The notes under the pieces: model-generated
What the model saw: only the letters and a program-made list of their open reading frames with translations
Told to the model about the DNA's origin: nothing
Databases searched by the model: none
Translations under genes and position numbers: made by a program
Origin: Bdellovibrionales bacterium
GTDB taxonomy: Bacteria > Bdellovibrionota > Bdellovibrionia > Bdellovibrionales > Bdellovibrionaceae
Reading direction: 5' to 3'
Assembly: GCA_031370005.1 (NCBI GenBank)
Contig: JANMPT010000063.1
Location: 1 to 64,000 of the forward strand
DNA length: 64,000 nt
Part shown: positions 55,391-64,000 of the stretch, one piece after another
How the letters are laid out: every line of letters starts with the position of its first letter
Position numbering within the stretch: position 1 is the stretch's first letter

Positions 55391-55801
55391 ATGTTTACTC
55401 TCACATTAGTAACGCCGGAAAAAAAACTCGTAGTCGGTCTGGATCTTGATGAGGTCACAGTTCCGGCCTTCAAGGGAGAGCTTAATATTCTTCCTGGTCA
55501 CGCGCCGTTGATTACAACTTTGGGAACAGGGATTTTGAAGTACAAACTCAAAGGGCAGACAGAACAAAAAGTTGCAATTAGCTGGGGTTACTGCCAAGTC
55601 AGTCCGCAAGGGGTTAATATCTTAGCAGAGTACGCGGCTATCCCCGTGGATCTTCAAATTGATGAACTAAAAAAAGCATTGGCGGCAGCAGAGTTTAAGC
55701 TTGGTAACGACTCTTTGGATGAGGAACAGTGGTCCGAAGCACAAAGGGAAGTCGCCAAGGCGCGAACAGGAATGGAAATTTTTCCAGGAACGTGGACTTA
55801 G
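55391..55801 (+). CDS. atpC: ATP synthase F1 epsilon subunit
   Basis: LVTPEK, GELNILPGHAP. Confidence 0.95.
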   Translation: MFTLTLVTPEKKLVVGLDLDEVTVPAFKGELNILPGHAPLITTLGTGILKYKLKGQTEQKVAISWGYCQVSPQGVNILAEYAAIPVDLQIDELKKALAAAEFKLGNDSLDEEQWSEAQREVAKARTGMEIFPGTWT

Positions 55802-55803
55802 AG

Positions 55804-57459
55804 CTAAAAGTCCTCCGTGTGGGCGAATTGCTCGAGAAACTCGTGTTGAATTAAGATGCTAAGATTATCAGCCACCTTTTTTCCGGCGTCTGGGTGCGGG
55901 AAGTACAGATTCACAACATTTAAAAATTTTTTCATGTCTGGAATGAGACTTGGGGTATTGAGATTAACCACAAGGATTTTTTTTGCCAAAGACGCCGGAA
56001 GGGCCTCTAAGATTAATGCCGTTTTTTGCCCATAGACAGCATAAATTCCGAAATCGCAACCACGACTGTTCATATAATCAATAAGCATTTGAGGATTTGT
56101 CTTAACGGTGGTTTTCATCGCGCGGGTAAAGGGTTTTGATTTTTTAAACGAAGTAATAAACTCATGAGTCGGAGAAAAAATACACTCCACGGCATTCGCA
56201 CGTATGAGGTTTTCAGAGATGGCCGTCGGAGAGCGACCATCGGGAGTTTGCGGCTTTTGCACGGCCATTTTAATATTGAAATCGAGAATTCGAGACTCGA
56301 TTTCACGCAGCTTTTTGGTTGAGAGGGCGATGATTCTTGCGCTTTGAATTTTACCTTGTTGCGAGCCCTTGTTATATAAGAACTTTTTTACTGCGAGTAT
56401 ACGAGAAACTTTTTCATTAAGATCTGCAATAGAAAAGTCGCCACTGAGAACGGCCTGCTTTACATGCTCAATTGCCTTTGCCTGGTCTTTGAAAGACCAA
56501 GTCATCATAATTATATCTGCGCCGGCTTTTAGCGCCTTTAACCCGGCCTCGTGCGGGTTGCTGATTTCAGAAAGACCCTTCATCTGAATATCATCAGTTA
56601 TAACTAAACCAGTGAAACCAATTTTATTACGCAGAAGTTCTTTAATGATTCGAGGAGAAAGGGTTGCAGGAGTTTTTGTTGGATCTAATCCTGGGTAGCT
56701 GAAGTGTGAAAGCATAATTGCAGTATTGGGTCCGAGCTTTGAGAACTCTTCGAAAGGTCGTAAATCTCTTTCATAGAGAGTTTCTGCTGAGGCGCTGTAT
56801 TCGACGGTTTTTTTGTGCGGGTCCTCGCTTATTGAGCCAACTCCTGGAAAGTGTTTTGCAGTTGGAATTACGGCCTCATCGAGCAGGCCGCGAGAAAGGG
56901 AAACGCCAATGGAGCTGACTTTTTCTGCGTCTGAGCCAAAAGAGCGCTGACCAATGAAGCTTTCTTTGTTCGGGTTGCTAACATCAAGGACGGGCGCGAG
57001 ATTCATATTAAAACCCAGCGTCCGGATAATTTTTGCGGTTTCCTGCCCTAAGGAGTACGCAAGTGCAGAGTCTTGGGTTTGGCCAACAGACATGGCATTT
57101 GGAATTGGCGGACGAGTGGGGATGCGGGCCACCTGGCCGCCCTCTTGATCGACAGCAATAATAGGAAGGGCACGGGAGGCAGCTATCGAAATTTTCTGCA
57201 GCCGAGAGTTCATTTGTGCCACTTGGGCCAGGGAAGAAATATTTCTTTTAAAAAGTATAAAAGACGAGATTTTATACTTTTTGATGAAGGCCTCAAGCTG
57301 AGGATCAACACTTTGCTGAGGGAAGCCGATTAAAAACAGTTGGCCCACCTTTTGGTCAAGGCTCAGCTCCTCTACTGAAGGAGGCACCTGGGCTAACACA
57401 AAGTTGGGAAATAGTAGAAAAATGAAAAAACCAATAACGCAACGGAAACAAACTTCCAT
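55804..57459 (-). CDS. Exported GH3 beta-N-acetylhexosaminidase (NagZ-like)
   Basis: Signal peptide; DQEGGQVAR, APVLD, RSFG, KHFPG..DPH, ITDD. Confidence 0.9.
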   Translation of the reverse strand: MEVCFRCVIGFFIFLLFPNFVLAQVPPSVEELSLDQKVGQLFLIGFPQQSVDPQLEAFIKKYKISSFILFKRNISSLAQVAQMNSRLQKISIAASRALPIIAVDQEGGQVARIPTRPPIPNAMSVGQTQDSALAYSLGQETAKIIRTLGFNMNLAPVLDVSNPNKESFIGQRSFGSDAEKVSSIGVSLSRGLLDEAVIPTAKHFPGVGSISEDPHKKTVEYSASAETLYERDLRPFEEFSKLGPNTAIMLSHFSYPGLDPTKTPATLSPRIIKELLRNKIGFTGLVITDDIQMKGLSEISNPHEAGLKALKAGADIIMMTWSFKDQAKAIEHVKQAVLSGDFSIADLNEKVSRILAVKKFLYNKGSQQGKIQSARIIALSTKKLREIESRILDFNIKMAVQKPQTPDGRSPTAISENLIRANAVECIFSPTHEFITSFKKSKPFTRAMKTTVKTNPQMLIDYMNSRGCDFGIYAVYGQKTALILEALPASLAKKILVVNLNTPSLIPDMKKFLNVVNLYFPHPDAGKKVADNLSILIQHEFLEQFAHTEDF

Positions 57460-57504
57460 AGAATAAGGTTAACAGCTTCGTCCACTCATTACAGACGAGA
57501 ATGT

Positions 57505-58290
57505 ATGGTTATGAAGAAAATGAACTTACGTCTTAATGCCTACAAGAGACTTTCGGCGACCTTGGTCTGCCTGCTTACGACTTTGATCGTAGGCCTGGCT
57601 GATGGCGCAGAAGAGAGCCCCACGGTCGCGGACTATCGAACGTCAAACGACCTTGTTGAGCTTCATTATCCTATTGAAATCAACGCCTCATATAGAGAGC
57701 ACCGCGAGACAAGCGGTATTATGTTTAGCCTTGGCTATGAGAACATCTTGCTAGATCGCTATGTTTCCATTGTGGACTTCACAACTGCTTATCAAGACAT
57801 GTTTGGAAAGACGGAGTTTCCTGTTTACGAAATGAATATCAGCTATAAAGACAATATCTCAATTGGCGCATTAACAGCGAACCTTGGCTTCGGCTATGGT
57901 TCTATTTCAGATGGATCAACAGGAGTTGCTAGGTCTCTCGCATTAACAAAATATACAGTCTCTGGCAGTTATATTATGGATACACTTTTTGAGGAGCCCT
58001 ATGTCGCGCCGTATGTTTCCGCTGGAATTATGAGGCTAAGTCTGGAAGAAAAGGCAGCAAGCAAGACAGAAAAGGGCAATATCGATGGCCTCTATTTTTA
58101 TCAAGTGGGTCTTTTATTTCAGCTGAACTGGCTTGACTCGTCCATAACAAATAAAAACGTCACTGATTATGGTTTGGAAAACACATATTTAGATGTTTTT
58201 CTTTCTAAGTACGAGCCAAGCTCAGACGTTAATGACCCGAACACCAGTACCGATTACTCTGTTGGGGCTGGCCTACGATTAGAATTTTAA
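57505..58290 (+). CDS. Putative outer-membrane beta-barrel protein
   Basis: Signal peptide, alternating beta-strand pattern, C-terminal beta-signal GAGLRLEF. Confidence 0.75.
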   Translation: MVMKKMNLRLNAYKRLSATLVCLLTTLIVGLADGAEESPTVADYRTSNDLVELHYPIEINASYREHRETSGIMFSLGYENILLDRYVSIVDFTTAYQDMFGKTEFPVYEMNISYKDNISIGALTANLGFGYGSISDGSTGVARSLALTKYTVSGSYIMDTLFEEPYVAPYVSAGIMRLSLEEKAASKTEKGNIDGLYFYQVGLLFQLNWLDSSITNKNVTDYGLENTYLDVFLSKYEPSSDVNDPNTSTDYSVGAGLRLEF

Positions 58291-61200
58291 ATCTGTTTTA
58301 ACAGGAACTCGAGCTCCGCATAAACAGCAGACCAAGTAATGTTATTCATTCTTATGTTAAGTCGATTGTCTGGAGTGATGGAATATTTTTTATTTTCTCG
58401 CAGAGCAAGTTGAATTACGGTCTCTGGTTTTAAAAGAGTTCTTTCTGTAAATATCAAAGAGATAGATTTAGTACCAGCACCGATGTCTCGTACGCCGAGG
58501 TCTTTGCAGAGCTTGCGAATTAACATAAGTCCCATTAAATTGAGCGTTGCCTCTGGGATATCTCCAAACTGATCTCGAAGCTCCTCTTCAATACGGTCTA
58601 AGTCCTCCGTGGAGGTAATATCTGCCAGGGCCTTGTAGTAACCTAAACGAATGCGGATGTCTGAAATGTATTTATCGGGAATCATTGCCGGGACTCTTAA
58701 GTTAATCTCAGGATCAAGCTCGATGTCGTCAACCGCCTCGCCTTTTGCCTCAGCAAGGGCCTCTTGTAAAAGATCCATATATAGTTCGTAGCCGACGGCA
58801 TTAACATGTCCTGACTGATCATCGCCGAGAATGTTTCCTGAGCCGCGAAGCTCCAGATCGTATTGTGCGATTTTAATTCCGCTGCCCAAGGAAGAGTTTT
58901 CCTGAATTATTTTAAGTCGTTCTTGTGCGTCTTTTTCAATTTTTTTATTTCGCGGCAACATGAGATAGCAATAAGCGCGAGCCTTGCTTCTGCCGACACG
59001 ACCACGCAATTGATAAAGCTGACTCAGTCCAAACATATGGGCTGAGTCAATGAACATGGTATTTGCTCTAGAGATATCCATTCCGGACTCAACGATGGAG
59101 GTACAAATGAGAACGTCAACCTCATGGTGGAAAAATTCGAGCATAGTTTTTTCAAGCTCGTGTTCAGCCATTTGCCCATGAGCAACACGGATGCGTGCCT
59201 TTGGAACAATTGCACGCACTTCATCAGCAATACCGTAAATACTCTGCACGCGATTGTGAATAAAATAAACCTGCCCGCCACGTGCAATTTCAGCATTGAT
59301 AGCCTTAGAAATAGTATCTTCATCAAATTTACAGACGAAGGTTCGCGTTGGAAGACGATCTACGGGAGCGGTGTTAATAAGACTTAAATCACGAGCTCCC
59401 ACGAGACTCATGTTAAGAGTTCGTGGAATTGGAGTTGCAGACAGAGTGACGGTGTCGACACTGACACGCATTTTTTTCATTTTTTCTTTATGAGTAACGC
59501 CAAATTTTTGTTCTTCGTCAACAATGAGTAGGCCGAGGTCCTTGAAGACAACGTCTTTACTAAGGAGGCGGTGGGTGCCAATTAAAACCTCAACCTTTCC
59601 GTCGGCGACTGCCTTGAGTGTTTGCTTCGAATCAGCTGCGGAAACAAAACGATTAAGCGCCCGAATTTCAACAGGCCATCCCTGGAAACGTTTTTTAAAA
59701 GTTTCCAAATGCTGGAAAGTTAATACGGTGGTCGGAGCAAGAACCGCAACTTGTTTATTGTTTTGAACTGCAAAAAAAGCGGCCCGCATGGCAACTTCAG
59801 TTTTTCCGAAGCCGACGTCGCCACAAATAAGTCGATCCATGGGCTTAGTTCCGGAAAAATCTTTTATAATATCGCTTACGGCACGAAGCTGATCGTCGGT
59901 TTCCTCATAAGCGAAACCATTTTCGAAAAGTTCGTATTCGCTTTCATTGATAGTCATTGGCGGGCGGTAAAGCTCCGCACGTTTGGCATAAAGCGCAAGC
60001 AGATCGTGGGCGATATCACGGAGTTGATTTTTAACTTTGGTTTTGGTTTTTTCCCAACCAACACCACCGAGCTTGTCAAGGATGGTTGTTTGTGTTGCCC
60101 CTGCATACTTCTGCAATTGGCCAACGCGGTAGACGGGCAAGTACAATTTGTCTTTATCTTTGTAGCCAACCTGAATGAACTCAGAATCAATACCGTTGAT
60201 GGGCATTATTTTGAGTCCCTCATAGAGGCCAATGCCATGCTTAACGTGAACAACTAAGTCCCCAGGCTTTAGGTCGCCAAAGGCTAAGCGCTTGGCCTGT
60301 TTCTGAAAGTCTTCTGCGGAGGAAGACTCAGTAACCCGTTGCTTGCGTCCAAAAAAGTCCTCTTCGCGTAGAAAAATAATTTGTTCTTCCTCTAAACGCA
60401 TACTTTCAGGCAAATAACGAGGAATAATATGAAGAATAGAAGATGAGCTTTCTTGGTTTTGTATCCACGTATCCCAAAGGTATTCCTGTGGATCACATTT
60501 TACTGCTTTGAAATCAAGACGATCAATGACGTGGCAAAGACGCTCAACTTGCGATTGGTTTTTTATTCCAATAAATACCTTGTAATGGTTCTCTTTCCAG
60601 GAAGTAAGCTTTTGTTTTACAGCATGGAGCCAGGGATCTGATCCAGGAGCGTGGGACAGGCTTAGGTTCGAGAATTCAGTGACAGTGGCAGCGCGATAGT
60701 TAATTTTTATCTGATCATCGGAGTCATTCTCTACATATTCGAGGTTTGAGAAATATATCTGTCGAGACTCCAAAGGTGGTACGAGGTCTTCAAAAGTCGA
60801 AAAGAGATCCTTGTAATCAGGTCGGATCACAGTCGTATCGGCCGCGAGAAAGTCGGCCTTCATTTCAGCAAAAAGTTCATCAGAAACCCGAGAGATCTCA
60901 AGCGGGTCTAATAGCCAAATATTGAGGGATGAGTTGAAGTGATCGAAAGCAGTTTCAAGTTCATCATAAAAAGAGGGAAGCAAAAACTCCATGCCCGGAA
61001 AGTAATTTTTTAAAACCAAGGAGCGCAGGATCTCTTCGGACTCCGACTTATCGATCTTGCGATCCTCAAGAGTTTTCCGAAATTTTTTTAACAAGGACTC
61101 GTGATGATCGTCACGAAAAAGCGTTTCTTTTGCAGGAACAATGGCTACGTGAGCAACCCCTTCTTGGCTGCGCTGATCGAGTGGGCTAAAAAAGCGCAGG

Positions 61201-61808
61201 CTTTCGACTCGATCTCCAAAAAGCTCGATTCGAATTGGCCTGTCCTGAGCGGGAGAAAAAATATCGATGATTCCGCCGCGGATAGCATATTGGCCCGAGT
61301 CTTCCACCATAGGAGCGGATTGGTAGCCAAGCTCATTTAAAAAAACTGCGATATTTTCTGGCAACTCGGTTCCCACGCTCCAAGAGGGAGACAATTCCTT
61401 TAAATATTTGAAGGGGAGAGTTTTTTGACACAGCGCCCGCACAGAAGTAATAAAAATTTCACCAGGCTTTGCGTTCTGGGCTCGGTATAGAAACTGCAAA
61501 CGATCGCTAATTACATGGGAGTTTGGATAAAGCCCTGAATAGGGTGAAACATCAAAGTGATTAAAAACAGAGCAGTTTTTAAGGGGATCAAAGAAGCGAA
61601 TCATGCGCTTCAGCTCTTCGGCAGACTCATGACTACCAACTATTGCTAAATGCGGCAAGCTATTAATTTGTTTAGAATATGTTTGAGACAAAAAGAAAGA
61701 AAGTGGCAGCTCCGAAGCACTTCCCAAAACCTGAATTCTTGTTTTTTTTGTCTCAAAGGCTCTTTCGAGAAGAGTCTCAAGTCTTGTATGAAGTAACTCT
61801 GTTTTCAT
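58287..61808 (-). CDS. mfd: Transcription-repair coupling factor
   Basis: RGGIID, VVHVKHGIG, GDVGFGKTE, DEEQKFG, SATPIPR, QLRGRVGR. Confidence 0.97.
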   Translation of the reverse strand: MKTELLHTRLETLLERAFETKKTRIQVLGSASELPLSFFLSQTYSKQINSLPHLAIVGSHESAEELKRMIRFFDPLKNCSVFNHFDVSPYSGLYPNSHVISDRLQFLYRAQNAKPGEIFITSVRALCQKTLPFKYLKELSPSWSVGTELPENIAVFLNELGYQSAPMVEDSGQYAIRGGIIDIFSPAQDRPIRIELFGDRVESLRFFSPLDQRSQEGVAHVAIVPAKETLFRDDHHESLLKKFRKTLEDRKIDKSESEEILRSLVLKNYFPGMEFLLPSFYDELETAFDHFNSSLNIWLLDPLEISRVSDELFAEMKADFLAADTTVIRPDYKDLFSTFEDLVPPLESRQIYFSNLEYVENDSDDQIKINYRAATVTEFSNLSLSHAPGSDPWLHAVKQKLTSWKENHYKVFIGIKNQSQVERLCHVIDRLDFKAVKCDPQEYLWDTWIQNQESSSSILHIIPRYLPESMRLEEEQIIFLREEDFFGRKQRVTESSSAEDFQKQAKRLAFGDLKPGDLVVHVKHGIGLYEGLKIMPINGIDSEFIQVGYKDKDKLYLPVYRVGQLQKYAGATQTTILDKLGGVGWEKTKTKVKNQLRDIAHDLLALYAKRAELYRPPMTINESEYELFENGFAYEETDDQLRAVSDIIKDFSGTKPMDRLICGDVGFGKTEVAMRAAFFAVQNNKQVAVLAPTTVLTFQHLETFKKRFQGWPVEIRALNRFVSAADSKQTLKAVADGKVEVLIGTHRLLSKDVVFKDLGLLIVDEEQKFGVTHKEKMKKMRVSVDTVTLSATPIPRTLNMSLVGARDLSLINTAPVDRLPTRTFVCKFDEDTISKAINAEIARGGQVYFIHNRVQSIYGIADEVRAIVPKARIRVAHGQMAEHELEKTMLEFFHHEVDVLICTSIVESGMDISRANTMFIDSAHMFGLSQLYQLRGRVGRSKARAYCYLMLPRNKKIEKDAQERLKIIQENSSLGSGIKIAQYDLELRGSGNILGDDQSGHVNAVGYELYMDLLQEALAEAKGEAVDDIELDPEINLRVPAMIPDKYISDIRIRLGYYKALADITSTEDLDRIEEELRDQFGDIPEATLNLMGLMLIRKLCKDLGVRDIGAGTKSISLIFTERTLLKPETVIQLALRENKKYSITPDNRLNIRMNNITWSAVYAELEFLLKQI

Positions 61809-61923
61809 TTTTATGTGATTTTGCCACTAGTTAGGGGATCTTTCCATTCATATTTCTTGGATTTCATGCAAGGCATGAGTATAAAGATATAATTCTCGAC
61901 AACATGTCAACCATGGAGGGGTC

Positions 61924-62292
61924 ATGCCATTAGGCGGAGTCATATTTATTAGCGTCTTCGTAGCAGTCTTCGGCTGTTTGTGTTTGTATCTCGGCCGCTT
62001 ATTCGGAGGAAAAAAATATCAAGATAGCGTTAAGCTTGAGGCTTATGAGTGTGGAATTCCCAGTCAAGAAAAAAAGGGAACAAGAATTTCTGTTAAGTTT
62101 TATCTGACGGCTATACTTTTTATTCTTTTTGATATTGAAATTATTTTCATGTATCCGTGGGCGACAAGTTTCAAAGAGATGATAGCTGCGGGTATTGGTG
62201 CCTATGCACTGATTTCCATGATGATTTTTATTGCGATTTTCATCTTTGGATTATTTTGGGAAATCAAATCTAAAGCTTTGGAGTGGGACTAG
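61924..62292 (+). CDS. nuoA: NADH-quinone oxidoreductase subunit A
   Basis: YECG, FILFDIE, PWA, ALEW. Confidence 0.96.
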   Translation: MPLGGVIFISVFVAVFGCLCLYLGRLFGGKKYQDSVKLEAYECGIPSQEKKGTRISVKFYLTAILFILFDIEIIFMYPWATSFKEMIAAGIGAYALISMMIFIAIFIFGLFWEIKSKALEWD

Positions 62293-62295
62293 ACC

Positions 62296-63423
62296 ATGGG
62301 TTCAGACGCATTTGAAATAACAATTAATGGCATTAAGCTTGTTTTGGTTTTTTTACTAATGGTTCAGGCGGTTCCGGTTCTTGTTTGGCTGGAGCGACGA
62401 GGGTCGGGATTTATACAAAATCGATTTGGACCAAATCGTGTTGGCCCGCTAGGATTGATGCAACTGCTGGCTGACGCCGTCAAGTTTTTAACAAAGGAAG
62501 AGTTTTCTCCGAAGGCAGCAACGAAGTTGTTGTTTTATGCGGCGCCAGTTTTTGCCTTGATTCCAGGTACTCTTGGTTTTGCTGCAATTCCCATGAGCTC
62601 GCCACTTCATTGGGGCAACTATGTTTTTCCAATTCAAGGCTACAACATGGGCGTCGGCATAGTTTTTATACTTGGGGTTTCCTCTTTAGCGGCATATACG
62701 ATTTTAATGGCGGGCTGGGGGTCAGGAAACAAATACGCATTGATGGGCGCCTTGCGGGCAAGCGCTCAGACGATCAGCTATGAGCTGGCGCTTGGGCTTT
62801 CTCTTGTTGGTATCATTATGATGTATGGCACCTTCAATTTAAGCGAGATGATCAGTGCACAAGAAGGCACAATGGTCTTCCATGCGTTTGGCAATACAGT
62901 TTCTACTGGCTGGCTACCAAATTGGGGCATTTTTTACCAGCCGCTTGCGGCAGTCCTTTTCTTTTCTGCAACATTTGCAGAATCAAATCGGATACCATTT
63001 GACTTGGCCGAGGGCGAGGCCGAGCTCGTTGCTGGCTTCCATACTGAGTATGGAGGGTTCAAAATGCTTTTATTCTTCATCGGCGAGTATGGCCACATGA
63101 TGGTAGCGTCCGGCTTGATGGCGACTTTTTTCTTTGGTGGCTACAATATTCCTTGGACAACTACTGAGCAAGTTTATCAATGGGCCATGGGTATTGCTGG
63201 TACAGCAGATGGCGCGAGCGCGCTGACCTCTCTTGTGCATTTTCTTTCTTACATGATCAAGCTTGGGGCATTTCTTTGGATTTTTATTTGGATTCGCTGG
63301 ACGCTGCCACGGTTTAGATATGATCAGTTGATGGATCTTGGCTGGAAGACGATGCTTCCCTGGGCGCTTGCTAATACAGTTATTTCAGCAGTTGTGATTT
63401 TCGCAGTTTCTTACTCTTGGTAG
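62296..63423 (+). CDS. nuoH: NADH-quinone oxidoreductase subunit H
   Basis: ERR...[29 protein letters not shown]. Confidence 0.97.
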   Translation: MGSDAFEITINGIKLVLVFLLMVQAVPVLVWLERRGSGFIQNRFGPNRVGPLGLMQLLADAVKFLTKEEFSPKAATKLLFYAAPVFALIPGTLGFAAIPMSSPLHWGNYVFPIQGYNMGVGIVFILGVSSLAAYTILMAGWGSGNKYALMGALRASAQTISYELALGLSLVGIIMMYGTFNLSEMISAQEGTMVFHAFGNTVSTGWLPNWGIFYQPLAAVLFFSATFAESNRIPFDLAEGEAELVAGFHTEYGGFKMLLFFIGEYGHMMVASGLMATFFFGGYNIPWTTTEQVYQWAMGIAGTADGASALTSLVHFLSYMIKLGAFLWIFIWIRWTLPRFRYDQLMDLGWKTMLPWALANTVISAVVIFAVSYSW

Positions 63424-63432
63424 GAGTTTTTT

Positions 63433-63963
63433 GTGACAGCAGATAGTTTCATATTTTGGATGTTGGCTGCAGTGACCCTTTGTAGCGGTCTTGCGGTTGT
63501 GTTGGTTGCGAACCCAATTTACTCGGCTCTTTGTCTTGCAATGACGATGGTGGGCGTTTCTGCACTGTTCGCGACCCTGGGGGCTTACTTTATTGCGGGT
63601 GTGCAAATGATTGTATATGCCGGCGCTGTTTTGGTTTTATTTGTTATGGTGCTGATGCTTTTTGATTTAAAAACAGAGCTTGGGACATTTTCGCGCGGAA
63701 AAATAAGTGGTCTACTTAAGATTGCTACCGTGGGTGTTCTGGCAGGCTTTTTGGCGGGCGTTTTCAGTATGAGCAGTGAGTTGGCCGGAAAATCCGAATC
63801 AGCGGGAGCCCTTGCGGGGACTGAGGCCAGCAAAACACTGGGGGGCCTTTTGTTTACGAAATATATTCTAGGTTTTGAGGCCTTGGGGGTTTTGCTCTTG
63901 GTCATCGCAATCGGAGTTGTCGGTCTTGCACGTAGCAAAGGTGGAACACATGCCAAGCACTAA
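63433..63963 (+). CDS. nuoJ: NADH-quinone oxidoreductase subunit J
   Basis: NPIYSAL, QMIVYAGAVLVLF, FEALG. Confidence 0.95.
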   Translation: MTADSFIFWMLAAVTLCSGLAVVLVANPIYSALCLAMTMVGVSALFATLGAYFIAGVQMIVYAGAVLVLFVMVLMLFDLKTELGTFSRGKISGLLKIATVGVLAGFLAGVFSMSSELAGKSESAGALAGTEASKTLGGLLFTKYILGFEALGVLLLVIAIGVVGLARSKGGTHAKH

Positions 63964-64000
63964 TATTATTACCCACATTGGGCTAAATCATTACCTCGTT
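63950..64000 (+). CDS. nuoK: NADH-quinone oxidoreductase subunit K (5' fragment)
   Basis: MPSTNIITHIGLNHYLV overlapping the end of nuoJ; truncated by the window. Confidence 0.7.
   Translation, partial: MPSTNIITHIGLNHYLV

Overview
Bacterial chromosomal window spanning the replication origin. Gene order and content point to a Bdellovibrio-like predator (Bdellovibrionota); this taxonomy is inferred, not tested. From left to right: a lipoprotein/tal/FolK-like/dapBAF cluster, ftsK, queE-fis-dnaB, rpsF-DUF2232-rplI (no rpsR), an FHA protein, a hydrolase, a subtilase, sdhCAB, etfBA, three parvulin PPIases-pdxA-PMM, Fo genes (atpZ/I/B/E), gyrA-gyrB-recF-dnaN, oriC (DnaA boxes, DnaA-trios, AT-rich DUE), dnaA, rpmH-rnpA-yidD-yidC-jag-mnmE-mnmG-rsmG, two parS sites flanking a lipoprotein gene, parA-parB-bactofilin, atpF'FHAGDC, a secreted NagZ-like GH3, an outer-membrane beta-barrel, mfd and nuoA-H-J-K. 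This is essentially core genome: I saw no mobile elements, CRISPR arrays, rRNA/tRNA or defence islands, and no clearly new multi-gene system. The most notable items are a 52-aa LptM/YifL-like lipoprotein missed by the ORF track, a FolK-fold protein lacking its catalytic residues, an S6 protein with a (GDR)9 tail whose S6:S18 leader RNA is kept although rpsR is absent, a truncated Jag with a broken KH loop, and a lipoprotein gene sandwiched between two parS sites.
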